Source: Macrostomum hystrix (taxonomy: Eukaryota; Animalia; Platyhelminthes). From it: a stretch of DNA of 64,000 nt. The stretch lies in assembly GCA_950097015.1 (NCBI GenBank), contig CATNEN010000011.1:1116001-1180000 (forward strand), written 5' to 3'. Under the pieces are notes generated by a model that saw nothing but the letters and a program-made list of their open reading frames with translations, had not been told where the DNA came from and made no database searches. How positions within the stretch are numbered: the first letter of the stretch is position 1; each line of letters begins with the position of its first letter. Position numbers and translations under genes: made by a program. Shown here piece after piece: positions 13,462-25,600 of the stretch.

Positions 13462-13588
13462 TCAGCCGGAAGAAGCTGAACAGACAGCAGATCAGCCAAG
13501 CCAGGAGGTGTTGCTGCAGCCGATGCCTCCGCCGCCAGCGTACTGTTCATCAACTGCCGTTTGCCGAGTTGAAATTAGTCACGAATAA
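2165..13588 (+). CDS. HCN: HCN (Ih) hyperpolarization-activated cyclic-nucleotide-gated channel, multi-exon, N-terminus outside window
   Basis: Phase-consistent GT-AG exons: 2165-2328 (S1-S2, RFYWDLLML), 2422-2589 (S3), 2668-2765 (S4, [32 protein letters not shown]), one of 3266-3415/5345-5494/6759-6908 (S5), 8007-8225 (pore SIGYG, S6), 10597-10743 (C-linker), 11196-11439 and 12372-12819 (CNBD, FGEICLL...RRVASVRA), probable last exon 13390-13588. The unspliced alternative stops at 12823. Confidence 0.97.
3266..3415 (+). CDS. HCN: HCN S5 alternative exon A
   Basis: ttcag|TTC...AAG|gtgaaa, 150 nt, phase 0-0; [50 protein letters not shown]. Confidence 0.9.
3830..5255 (+). repeat. ~21-bp minisatellite (CTAACAGGTAGACACCCTCAT / CCTTGTCTAACAGG variants) between HCN exons A and B
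   Basis: Tandem units visible directly. Confidence 0.95.
5345..5494 (+). CDS. HCN: HCN S5 alternative exon B
   Basis: ctgcag|TTG...AAG|gtgact, 150 nt, phase 0-0; [50 protein letters not shown]. Confidence 0.92.
5900..6445 (+). repeat. 16-bp minisatellite (GTGTCTCATCTCTCCC)n between HCN exons B and C
   Basis: Tandem units; the same family occurs at 12905-13342 and 48860-49270. Confidence 0.95.
6759..6908 (+). CDS. HCN: HCN S5 alternative exon C (closest to the canonical HCN sequence)
   Basis: tttcag|CTG...CAG|gtacag, 150 nt, phase 0-0; [50 protein letters not shown]. Confidence 0.92.
7085..7320 (+). repeat. 20-bp GTTAGACAGG minisatellite downstream of HCN exon C
   Basis: About 12 units like those at 205-2060. 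Confidence 0.93.
8240..10060 (+). repeat. 33-bp (and 36-bp variant) GT-rich minisatellite, HCN intron
   Basis: Unit gtgtatgtcctggtgtggtttgtgttcagtgcg; source of the 300-660 aa artefactual ORFs. Confidence 0.97.
10765..11120 (+). repeat. A-rich degenerate minisatellite (ataaacatcacagata-like), HCN intron
   Basis: Tandem imperfect units. Confidence 0.85.
12905..13342 (+). repeat. 16-bp minisatellite in the last HCN intron
   Basis: Same unit as 5900-6445. Confidence 0.93.
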
Positions 13589-13854
13589 AATTAGATTAAT
13601 GCTCGCGTGTTTTTTAGTTAGTCGATGGTTGTTCAAAAAAAAGAAAAACTAAGTACTTAAAAAGTTTATGATTTTCATATTACTTCATTTTGGATTATAT
13701 CACTTAGTTTTTCATTTTACAAGAAAAAGAGCTATACAGACTACTTATGTGGAGCGATCAGTAGTGAGCTAAAAAAAGAAATTAAGAAATAATAATAATA
13801 ATAATAATAACCATTATATACGTCTACATTTAAAATCAAATTATAAATAAATAA

Positions 13855-13937
13855 AATTCCGGGGCCTTGCCGCGGAATCGAACGTAGGGACCTTGTTGCG
13901 AGAGGCAAACGCGTTAACCGCTCTGCCACCGACACCC
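13855..13937 (-). mobile_element. Isolated tRNA-like head of SINE family 2 (not a functional tRNA)
   Basis: gggtgtcggtggcagagcggttaacgcg...gttcgattccgcggcaaggcccc; the acceptor stem is imperfect and the sequence matches the SINE2 heads. Confidence 0.6.
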
Positions 13938-14319
13938 AAATAAATACATAAACAAATTACGAGTACAAACGTGAAAGATTCTTTAGTGCTGGGTCATTGA
14001 TACTTGATTCATGCATATTTTGTTCTGTTCTTTTGTTTAAAATTACTTCAGCAATCGTTAATATTAGGCTTGTTCATTTAGCGAACAATTTTGTGTTGAA
14101 GTTTTTCACTTTACATGCAGAATACGGTAGTAAAATACCTTTCTTTAAAAACGAATATTTTAAATGTCTTTTTTTCTACCTAACTACCTAACTTAACTTA
14201 AATTACAACTTTTCCTAATCATTACTTATGAATTCACAATCAAGCAGCTACGTTTATGTTTAAACAGTAATGTTTATATCGAACAGTTTCGGATTCTGTC
14301 TAACACTTTCTAAAAATGC

Positions 14320-14600
14320 CTAACAGTTAGGTTACTGTCCTGTCTAACAGTTAGGTTCCTGTCTAACAGTTAGGTTCTAGCTAACAGTTAGGGTCCTAAC
14401 TGTAAGTTTCCTGTCTAACAGTTAGGTTTCTGTCCTACAGTTAGGTTCCTGTCTAACACTTAGGTTTGTGTCTAACACTTAGGTTCCTGTCTAACACTTA
14501 GGTTTGTGTCTAACAGTTAGGTTTCTGTCTAACACTTAGGTTTATGTCTAACACTTAGGTTCCTGTCTAACAGTTAGGTTCCTGTCTAATAGTAAGGTTC
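14320..14600 (+). repeat. ~20-bp minisatellite (CTGTCTAACAGTTAGGTTC)n
   Basis: Tandem units sharing the TGTCTAACA core. Confidence 0.88.
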
Positions 14601-15589
14601 ATGTGTAACCGTTATAGGTTCTTATATTTTCAGCAAAAGTAAAATTTCATTTTAAATTTCATTTAAAATTTCAATTGCTTTGGTTATAATTCTAAAAGCA
14701 GAATTATAAACCGTGAAACTGATTAAAATATGGATGTGTTATTACTTAGAATTAGAAAAATGTAAAAGTGCATACAATTAAGTGCGTCCGATTAAGGGCT
14801 CTTCGTATAACAGGTTAAACATTTTGCTTAACAGATTCGACATTCTTCTAACAAGATTAGTTAATCCGTTAAATATAACTTAGGCTGCAGAGGGCTAAAA
14901 CGAGGTAAAACGTTTCACCTCGTTTCAGCCCGAGCAGCCTATCCATATTAGTGTTGTAGTTAGCGGGCGTGAAACGCGTTTCACGGCCCGCCCGCAGTGC
15001 ATATCTATGGAATTCGACCATAGACAACAGCAGAGGGCGGGCTGTCGTTAGTTTCAACCTCGTTTCAACACGCGTAGGCGTGTTTATTGTAGTTATAGTA
15101 GTTACTAATTATTTTATTTTTCATATTACTTTGTATATAACAAAATGTCCATTTCATTTTTATGTCTTTATCCCAAACGAATCTAAAACCTATACAATCT
15201 GAAATGTGATCACGTTTTAGTATCATGTACAACTATCACTATGATTCCATTCCCACAAAAAGTTCTATATTTTGGCTTGTTTTACACTAACTCTTGTAGG
15301 TTTATTCTGTCCTAATTATGCTTCGAACAAACAAAAAAGCAGTAAAAAGTCAGATGTACTGCTAGACTGTTCGCCCCTGTCTAGTACTGTTTCAACAATA
15401 GAGGCAAGCCTTTTTATTTTTGTTTGTTATTTCGAATACGGATACCCTTTTCTGCACCTCCCAAAAATTCGACCAATCGCCTCGTCGGGGTGCCTGGGGG
15501 GAGGCAGACTACCAATTTCGTCATGTACCAATGTCAACTGTTATTGTTGACCATATTGTATTGTTTATTTTATGTGTATGGTGGACCTT

Positions 15590-15725
15590 TGAAGGACCGA
15601 ACACGGACCTCCCTGACTGGCCCCGCGCCATCGGCCGACTGCGGGTCTTTCAGGGATTAGCGGAATGGGCGACTCCCGCCTCCCCGCTGTGTCCATCGGA
15701 CCGCCCTGCAGATAAGTCAAGGACC
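15590..15725 (+). repeat. Second copy of the structured GC-rich element seen at 51895-52030
   Basis: Shared blocks ccctgac.ggccccgcgcc, ttagcgg.atgggcga, cgcctccccgctgtgtccat and ccctgcag.taagtcaag. Confidence 0.7.
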
Positions 15726-17528
15726 TTTGCTAAAATGGGTCATTCGGTTTAGGAACTATCGTGATGTAGGTCGTGGGCAATTGACATACCCTGTGGTCTT
15801 TACCCCAGGGGAAAATAGTGTGGCATTTCTGCTTTCTGTTTTGATTGGTCCGGTAAAAATTGAACAGAGGGGCAGGCTGGAAGGCCCTACCCCATTGTCG
15901 CTTTCTGATTGGCTGCCTAGATTCGTGGCGTGAGGTGGTCCGTTAAATATAAACAAACATGTGTCAAGTATGTACACTGTTTGTCAATAATCCTTTTTAA
16001 AATCGCATTTCACCTAATTATTAGGTAGGCTGTATAAACGTATCTATTTATTCTTGCAAATAACATCAGAAAGCAAGATGAGAGCTTTTATAGGGTTTAA
16101 CAGAGTAAAAGACGTAGATAAAAACTCAAAGAGACACAGCAAGACTAAGACGTCAAGATGATTAAAATTCCACCTGTGTGCTCAACAAATAATATAATTC
16201 TAATAGAGGCATAATGAATGTTAGACCTAAAATATAATAGTTCTCATGCAAAGCATAGCAGATTGGGCATGCTTAGGCGGTGGAAATGATCAGCATCCAG
16301 CATTCGAAGTGAATAGTAAGATTTTTAAATACACATAAGGTAAAAAAGCAAAGATATATTGGGATGAAACACAGTCACTAGGCAACTTTGATAACAATAT
16401 TCTAATAGGAAAAGTATCAGATATTACTTTTTGTAAGTAGTGGCTGTTGCGTTTTTGTAAATATTTGAAACTCACTTAATAACGTATTTATCGGTTAAAG
16501 TATATTTTAGTGGACGTTTAGGACTACTGAAATGTATTTCGAGTGAGTATGTCGACTCTGCCACATTGGCTGACGCTCCTGACCAATCAGAATTTAGTAT
16601 AAGGGAAGGAATATTTGAGGGGTGGCGCAGCTACAGCCTCATGGCGCATCATTCGAATTTTACCATTGAGGGCTTTTAAAAGCATTGAAAAAGAAATGCG
16701 CTTTCATATGGAATTTTTATAAATCTACAGCATATTATCAGTTGCCAAGTGACCATACATATCATACAAACCAAAAGCAATATAAAACACAAAAGGCTGT
16801 CGCAGAAAAAGACGGAAAATAATGTAAAACTATTGGGACAACAAACAAAAGAAGAAAGAAAGATCAGTATGAACTAGAAGAAAAATGCCGTATTATGAGA
16901 CAAACAACAAGCGAACTGCAAATCATAATATTTCTCGCAAATTCAACTGACTAAAACAAAATACTCAGAAAGAGTGCCGCTATTATATTAAAACAAAATA
17001 CTAAATCTTAGTCATTCAAAATGATAAACTTAAGAAGCTTAGAAGTCCGTATATAATTATTTATCCACATTTATATACTCTCAAAATTGAATATGTAAAA
17101 CTATTCTTAAAATTAACTTGAATTGACGTTATATAAATAATTTTATTAATTAATACGAGCGTATCGTATAATGAACGCACGTACCGTGTGTACAAAAAAG
17201 CTTCTAACAAGCATATGGTGCTGAATCTAAGATTAAAGAAACAAATTAATGAGTGGATCAAGCGCAACAGCCTATCAAAGTCTAAATAAAACAATTAGAA
17301 AGTGTATTCTCATCTTGCGATGCTTGTTGTCAGAATAAACAAGAATAATAAACGGCCAAGTGTGACCAAATTATTGTTTGGTGGAGAAGCTGCACTCCAC
17401 AAGGGAGAACCTGCCGGATTGGTTCAGCGATCGACAGCTGTGCAACTGCACTCGCCTGCTAGCACTGATCACCGAGCCAGGATTCGCACTGATTGGCAGC
17501 CGGAGCCGCAGGGTTCCAGCTGAGCGAT

Positions 17529-17622
17529 CTATGCTGACTGGCTTGGACATAAGCGGCGCGCACAGCCTGGGCATGATTCGGATGGTGATAATTCAATGTA
17601 CTTTTGACTTTGACGCCAAAAT
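17529..17622 (-). CDS. Possible additional terminal exon of the fibrillin-like gene
   Basis: A donor ct|gtgagc at 18061/18060 (overlapping the stop) and an acceptor cctag|a at 17622 are both phase 2, giving FWRQSQKYIELSPSESCPGCARRLCPSQSA*. The intervening DNA holds a 59-bp array, like other introns here. Confidence 0.35.
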
Positions 17623-17624
17623 CT

Positions 17625-18010
17625 AGGCTTATCTGGTTTGGGTGTTTGTGCTGTGCTTGGGGAAGGGTTCGACCCCAGAATAGTCTAGGCTTATCTGGTT
17701 TGGGTGTTTGTACTGTGCTTGGGGAAGGGTTCGACCCCAGAATAGTCTAGGCTTATCTGGTTTGGGTGTTTGTACTGTGCTTGGGGAAGGGTTCGACGTC
17801 AGAATAGTCTAGGCTTATCTGGTTTGGGTGTTTGTACTGTGCTTGGGGAAGGGTTCGACCCCAGAATAGTCTAGGCTTATCTGGTTTGGGTGTTTGTACT
17901 GTGCTTGGGGAAGGGTTCGACGCCAGAATAGTCTAGGCTTATTTGGTTTGGGTGTTTGTACTGTGCTTGGGGAAGGGTTCGACCCCAGAATAGTCTAGGC
18001 TTATCTGGTT
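17625..18010 (+). repeat. 59-bp tandem array, about 6.5 units
   Basis: tctaggcttatctggtttgggtgtttgtactgtgcttggggaagggttcgaccccagaatag repeated. Confidence 0.95.
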
Positions 18011-18056
18011 AGGCAGTGTTGTGCATGAGGAAAAAGACACGTGATCGAGGCAATGC

Positions 18057-21000
18057 TCACAGGTTGAACAGGTTTGTCTCAAGCAACGAGCACAGGCAAG
18101 CCTCCCGTTGACTAGAACGGCAGCCAAAAATGCAGTCTGGACAGCCTGGTTGGCTGATCGAAACCGAAATGCTGAACTCCGGCATGCAGGCCAGTCGGCT
18201 TTCGTTGCTAGGCTGAAATTTCGCATGGCAACGGCACTCGTAGCTTCCCCACATATTCAGGCACTCACCGTTTGGACGGCAGAGATTAGGATCTTCGATA
18301 CATTCGTTGCGATCTGGGAATGAGTAAATTATTAATGATATAATTTATTTGATTTAGCCTCCATTGGCATGAAATTGTTACTATTGAAGCCACTCACCGC
18401 GGCACAGCTTTGTTCTGGAGTCAAGAATGAATCCTGGGCGACAACGGCAAGTGTACGAGCCCACCGTGTTCACGCAATCGCCCATCAGGCACAGATCCTT
18501 GCCAATCAGAGTACATTCGTCAATATCTTCAAGTGGAGCAAAATAAATTTAACGCGTGCATTTTAGCATCGCAAGCATCGCAATCATAGTTTTTTAAATC
18601 GTCCCGAACGTTTTTCGAAAAAATCCTCACCAATGCAGCTCTTCCCATCGGCGCTCCGCTTGAAGCCGATGAAGCAGGCGCACTCAAAATCTCGACCTTT
18701 CTCAACACAGCGGCCGTGCTGACACGGTCCCTCGGCGCCATCAATGCTGAGGGTCTCGCATGCGCCCCCACCGCCACCCAAACTCGCATACTGACCGTCC
18801 ACATCTCGACGACTAGACGGACCGCCAGACTTCAGCACCGTGATGCTGCCTTCAATGCTGTATTCAAAAGCCGACTTGTCCGGACTGCCTAGCATTGCAT
18901 AGGAGCCGCCGCTGCCGCTGCTGCTGCCGCTGCCGGAGCTGCTGCCGCTGTTGTAGACGCTGCCGCCGCCACCGCCGCCAAGGCCGTGAATGATGACCTT
19001 GTTAGTGTCTGTTGAATGCGGCAGGAGATGCAGCGGAGTGGTACTTTGTGAGCCAACAGTGAGAGCATACACTGCCCAACGATGAGAAAATTAAGACACT
19101 CGTGTTTGAGTGTGCACATTCGTTAGTATTACTGTACGTGTTTATGAACTGGACAGCGGCTATGAGCGACTACAAGGGATTGTAGCCAAGTAGTTAGAGA
19201 GTCGGACCCACGACTTGAAGGTCGGGTTTTCGATTCCCGACTCCATGGAAAAATTTGTGTCATTTAGCAAGACACTTAACTCTGCATTGTTTTAGTTCAC
19301 CCAGCTGTTAAATGGGTACCAGCATCAGCTGGGGTAATTGAGGGTCAGTGTGGTGTTTCCCCAGTCCATGGACTAAACAGCCGTACACAGCCTTCAGAAG
19401 CGCCGCGCACATATGGCCCAATTGGGGCAGGTGTAATCAATTATTATTATTATGTAGGTGTGGTACGTCACCGACCTGCATTGTAGTCATACGGCTGGCA
19501 GCGACGTCCCAGCGAGTCGACATTCTTGAATCCCGGATAGCAGAAGCACTTATAGAGTCCGGTGGCGGGCGAGTTCACGCAGTGGCCCGTGCCGCCGCAG
19601 ACTCCTGGGTGCTGGGCGCAGTATCCAGTCTCGCGCCTGCTGGCCCTCAAGCAGAAGCGCTTGTCGAACGACTGTCGATAGCCGGCGGCGCAAGAGCAGG
19701 TGAACTGGTGAGAACCGTTCTCATCAAGACATCGACCCGCGCCGCACACGTACGCAAACTTCTGGCAGTAGGTCTTGTGAAACAGGCGCTGAAGCGGGTT
19801 GTATGGAGCCGGGAATCTGGTTGGCACAACGCCAGTCTCCGGGGCGCCCACTGGCCGACACGAGCGTCGATCTGTCGACAGCTGGTAGCCGGAGTTACAG
19901 GTGCAGCTGAAAGATGTTTGACTGCCCCGATCAACGCAGACACCGTTGGGGCCGCATGCATCAGGATTGCGTCCGCAATAGGCTGCAGGTGGCGTCGAAG
20001 GGCGGCAATTCTGCTGGTCCCCGGTCAGTTCAAAGCCGTGGTAGCACATGCATTGAAACCGGCCAGAGCCAAGGTTCAGGCAGGCACCGTTGCGGCAGAT
20101 ATCGAAAATTTGGCAGGGACTGGTGTCTGCAAATTTGACGCATGGATTTAGATTCAAGGTTGATCAACCTTTATCGGTCGATTATATATTATTTTCACTA
20201 GATTTTTGCTTTCTCCATTCTTTAACTAATTTATGACACCTTCTCTAATAGGACCAGATGTCTAGCTGACAGCGCAGCTATTGATCGGCACATCTGAAGG
20301 CTGCGTACGGCTGTTCAGTCCATGGACTGGGGGGACGCCACACCCACCCTCAATTATCCCAGATAATGCTGGTACCCATTTAACAGCTGGGTGAACTGAA
20401 GCAATGCAGAGTCAAATGTCTAGCTAAAGGACACAAATTGTTCCAGTGGAGTCGGGAATCGAACCCCCAACCTTCAAGTTGTAAGTCCGAGGACCTAAAA
20501 GATAGGCTACAAACTCTTTGGTAGATACTTTGATCAGTGTTAAATTTAATGTATTAAGACGTTAGGCTTACGACTTATATTTGTATTAGAATTTTTTGAT
20601 ATTTTACGAGTAAAATAGATTTTATGCAAGTAAAAAATGTGCTATCCCCAAAGTGTATTTCTTTACGAAAACCGGCCTCCGTCCGTGTACTCCTATAGTG
20701 GTCCCTTTTAGTACATTTTTTTAGAATCAAGAGTAGCCGAAAAAAGATTACGAAATTCTGTGTGGTTACTAAAAGCAATCGACAATTTATGCCTCTAACC
20801 TACCAGCGTCCATTCGTTTTCTTTGGCACGATTTCATATCTTCAGCCGGACTGTACCCAGTTGCACAAGCGCAATAATAATCTGTGGTCGACAAGCTGAC
20901 ACACCGGCCGTACGGCTGACACGTTAAAGACCGCCTGTAGCTGTCGCTGTCGCAGTAGGGCGTCGGCGACGTGGTCGGAGGTGGCGGCGGCGGTTGCGGG

Positions 21001-22537
21001 GCGTCACCCAGGTGAGCGGGCAAGCAGGACCGGCCGTCTGCGGAGGGCTTGTGGTCCGCGTTGCGGCACAAGCAGATGTAGGTGTCGTCGCTGGGTCCAG
21101 TTCCGACAGCGATGCATTCGCCGATGTCGTTTGGGCAGGTGCGCTGTCGTGTGCAGGCGTCCCCAATCGGGAGAGTCGTCGTAGGCGGCGGCGGCGCGGT
21201 TGTTGGTTGAACAACCGGCAGGCAGTCCAGACCGTCTGGGCTAACGCGGTAGCCGCGGTGGCAGCTGCAGTAGTAATTGCGATCGCCGAATGGCACGCAG
21301 ACACCGCCGGGGCTGCAGGCTCGTGGGTTCGACTTGCAGTAGGTCTGGGGCCGTTGAAGGACGCAGCTCCGACCATCTGTTGCCAAATCGTAGCCGGTGT
21401 AACAGTGACAGCGATAGTCTGGAGTGCCCGCGCTGCTGACTGTGCTAATGCAGCTGCCGTGACTGCAGAGACCGCTGCGGCTGCTGCAGAGGTCCGTGAC
21501 CCGCTCTGCGGATTCATGATTAAAAAAGACCGTCATTGTTAGGAACCACGAAGCTAATTTAAGACAGTCCTCGAGCAACTCGCTCTATTTAATCTCGACG
21601 ATGCTGATATCGGACGGCTTTGAAAGTTATGGTGGATTTTGACGAAGTGGGTTGTGGGTATTTATATATATGGGGATTACCTAGTTTTAGAGTACATAAC
21701 CAATTTACCTGAACAATTTCTTCCATCCCAACTCAGATCGTATCCGGGGAAGCAGCTACAGTGGAACCTGTCCGGGCCTTCGCTAACGCAGGTGCCACCA
21801 ACACCGCAGATGCCAACATGGGCGTCGCAATAACCTGAAGTTTTCGGAGTTAAATAGGGCTTGGGGTGAAGCCTAACAAGCTTATTCAGGTAAGGTTAAA
21901 TTTGATTTCAGAAATTATGATATGATTTTAATTCAACCTACAAAACATCTTTCAATGTTGTCCACATCAATAGCTGCAATGGTACAAGGAAATCTACCGT
22001 ACTTTTTAGAGTTTGCTGACAATTTAGGGCTGTTCTGAAAGTATGATCTGCCAGACTTGTACAGCAGCAGCAGCAGCTTTCGCATTCTATTAGGCTTAAG
22101 TCATGTGAGACAGTTGCACATCTGCGAAAACGTTCAAGATAAAAGCAACTAATGCAGCACACAGCTATAAGTGATTCATTGCGCTGTGTTAATATAGAAA
22201 GCACCAATTATCTGGCCTGGCTGGAAGTGAAGATGGTGAAGAACTTTAGTCTGTCGGTATTTCGAGACTTCTGTTCGGATAGATAGTTCCGTAAACAGGA
22301 AAAGTACAAGTGTTTCCATGGTTACAGGCTCAGTTCTGCAACTAATTGGCTGCCGAAATTCGACCAACAAGTTAAGTTTTCCGTCTTAATTATAAGGTGT
22401 TTCAGCCTCTTAATCTCTTAATACTCGTAGATAGATAGATAGATAGATAGATAGATACATAGATAGATACATAGATAGATACATAGATAGATAGATTAGA
22501 TAGATACATAGATAGATACATAGATAGATAAATAGAT

Positions 22538-22602
<65 letters not shown>

Positions 22603-25600
22603 AAAACTTACTTTTTTGCCTTTCGCACCGCCTTTTCACTTTATTGTAGACCAGTCCACTTTGACAAAGGCATCTGCAAATTAGCCGCAGTCAATGTTAA
22701 TAAGATACAGGCTAGCAATCCAACGAATGCACTTTTGAAGGCGACTCGACTCACGTGATGTCGGAATCGCCGTCAGGAATGCAATCCGAACCGCCGCAGA
22801 TTCCCGGTATGCGACAGAAGTTCATTTCTAGAGTTGTGTAGTTGAGAAAATTACTCATTTTGTTGTTATCTATGAACTCGTTAAATAAATAAAAATAAAA
22901 AAAAATCCCTACACTCCATTTCCCAGATCCCCCTCCTAAACTCCCCTCTCCCCCATTTCCCCTTCCTAATCTCCCACTCTCCCATTCCTCAATCTTCCAC
23001 TCTCCCAATCCCCACTCCCCCATTACCGAATCTCCCACTCTCCCATTCCCTATTCTCCCACTCTTCCATTCCCCAATCTTCCACTATCCCATTCTTCAAT
23101 CTCCCACTCTCCCATTCCCCACTCCCCCATTACCGAATCTCCCACTCTCCCATTCCCTATTCTCCCACTCTTCCATTCCCCAATCTCCCACTCTCCCATT
23201 CCACACTCCCCCATTACCGAATCTCCCACTCTCCCATGCTCTGATCTCCCATTCTCCCATTCCCTATTCTCCCACTCTCCCATTCCCTAATCTCCATTCT
23301 CCCATTCCCCATATCCCGCACTCTCATTCGCCAAAATCCCATTTCCGAATATCTAAATCTCCCATTGCTCTCCTCCTTTTTGAGTAACTGACCCTTTCCA
23401 ATTCCTAATCCTCCGCTCCTCTCCAGCAGAATGCAACAAAATGATTTGAAATTCTGTAAAAAACATAATCGATAAAAAAATATGATCTTTCATTTTATAC
23501 TTATTTTTCACTTTCATTTCCGGTGTTACCAGAAAAACAAAGTTTCTTCTTTATGTTGTAGCTTTTAAACTAGAGTTTTGTGCAGGCATTTTGTCTATAT
23601 ACTGCTTTTAATCTACTATCATAAGAGCTATCACCTGGGCGCATCAGTTAATTTGTTTGTTATTAGTATCTAGAATCTGCACTTAACTTTATACAGGTAA
23701 TAATAGGGCGTACTAAAACTTACAAGTAAAATACTCCGAATTTTTTCTAGTCAAAATGCAAGCTTAGAATTCGTTGCTATGCATGACAGCGTGCAATTGT
23801 AATATAATTTGCTTTATACAGTGCTTTTGACAAGTTGGATGTTCGGTTTTAATTAAATCTGCTGAGTTTGGGTCCGTCAGTCAGGTAGTCTGTAAAAGTT
23901 TGTCGTTAATTTAGTTTTAAGACTAGACTCTCGTAGAAATTTCTTGTTAATAAGAACTCACTCAGATCTAAGATAATTTTACAGAACCTCACCCTGTCCC
24001 ACTTTCTGTCTCACTCCTGTCTCACTCTGTCTCACTCTCTGTCTCACTCTCTGTCTTACTCTGTCTCACTCCTGTCTCACTCTGTCTCACTCTCTGTCTC
24101 ACTCTGTCTGACTCTGTCTCGCTCTCTGTCTCACTCCTGTCTCACTCTGTCTCACTCCTGTCTCACTCTGTCTCACTCTCTGTCTCACTCCTGTCTCACT
24201 CTGTCTCACTCCTGTCTGACTCTGTCTCACTCTCTGTCTCACTCCTGTCTCACTCTGTCTCACTCTCTGTCTCACTCTGTCTGACTCTGTCTCACTCCTG
24301 TCTCACTCTGTCTCACTCTCTGTCTCACTCTCTGTCTCACTCTGTCTCACTCTGTCTCACTCTGTCTCACTCTGTCTCACTCCTGTCTCACTCTGTCTCA
24401 CTCTCTGTCTCACTCCTGTCTCACTCTGTCTCACTCTGTCTCACTCTGTCTCACTCCTGTCTCACTCTGTCTCACTCTCTGTCTCACTCTCTGTCTTACT
24501 CTGTCTCACTCCTGTCTCACTCTGTCTCATTCTCTGTCTCACTCTGTCTCACTCTGTCTCACTCCTGTCTCACTCTGTCTCACTCTCTGTCTCACTCCTG
24601 TCTCACTCTGTCTCATTCTCTGTCTCACTCTGTCTCACTCTGTCTCACTCCTGTCTCACTCTGTCTCACTCTCTGTCTCACTCTGTCTCACTCTGTCTCA
24701 CTCCTGTCTCACTCCTGTCTCACTCTGTCTCACTCCTGTCTCACTCTGTCTCACTCTGTCTCACTCTGTCTCACTCCTGTCTCACTCTGTCTCACTCTCT
24801 GTCTCACTCTCTGTCTTACTCTGTCTCACTCCTGTCTCACTCCTGTCTCACTCTGTCTCACTCTCTGTCTCACTCTGTCTCACTCTGTCTCACTCTCTGT
24901 CTGACTCTGTCTGACTCTGTCTCACTCTCTGTCTCACTCCTGTCTCACTCTGTCTCACTCTCTGTCTCACTCTGTCTGACTCTGTCTCACTCTCTGTCTG
25001 ACTCTGTCTGACTCTGTCTCACTCTCTGTCTCACTCCTGTCTCACTCTGTCTCACTCTCTGTCTCACTCTGTCTGACTCTGTCTCACTCTGTCTCACTCT
25101 GTCTCACTCTGTCTCACTCTGTCTCACTCTGTCTGACTCTGTCTCACTCTGTCTGACTCTGTCTCACTCTGTCTCACTCTGTCTGACTCTGTCTCACTCT
25201 GTCTGACTCTGTCTCACTCTCTGTCTCACTCTGTCTGACTCTGTCTCACTCTCTGTCTCACTCTGTCTCACTCTGTCTCACTCTGTCTCACTCTGTCTGA
25301 CTCTTTCTCACTCTGTCTCACTCTGTCTGACTCTGTCTCACTCTCTGTCTCCCTCTGTCTCACTCTGTCTCACTCTGTCTCACTCTCTGTCTCACTCTGT
25401 CTCACTCTGTCTCACTCTCTGTCTCACTGTCTGTCTCACTCATCATGTATTTGTTGAAAATGAATGTTACAATTTAAATGTGTCTTACAGCTGCGGTTTT
25501 CAACCCAAACCAATGACGCATTCTTCCTCACTAAATGCATTATTTTATTTGGCTCTGTCCAACGTACCAAGATTTCTTATTGTATGAAACTGTGGAATTT

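Noticed and set aside
13855-13937. Possible tRNA gene (also 19176-19250, 32770-32850, 59839-59910)
   Set aside because: Imperfect acceptor and anticodon stems; the sequences match or continue into SINE bodies, so they are SINE heads.
17625-18010. CRISPR-like regular arrays (this one and the other minisatellites)
   Set aside because: No unique spacers and no cas genes; eukaryotic context.
18262-18270. Strong GTGAGT donor inside the last cbEGF exon of the fibrillin-like gene
   Set aside because: The downstream sequence continues a canonical EGF (GECLNMWGSYECRC), so it is treated as a cryptic site.
22290-22350. Plus-strand YKCFHGYRLSS, EGF-like text
   Set aside because: Wrong strand for the host gene; the missing half-EGF is supplied by exon 22612-22673.
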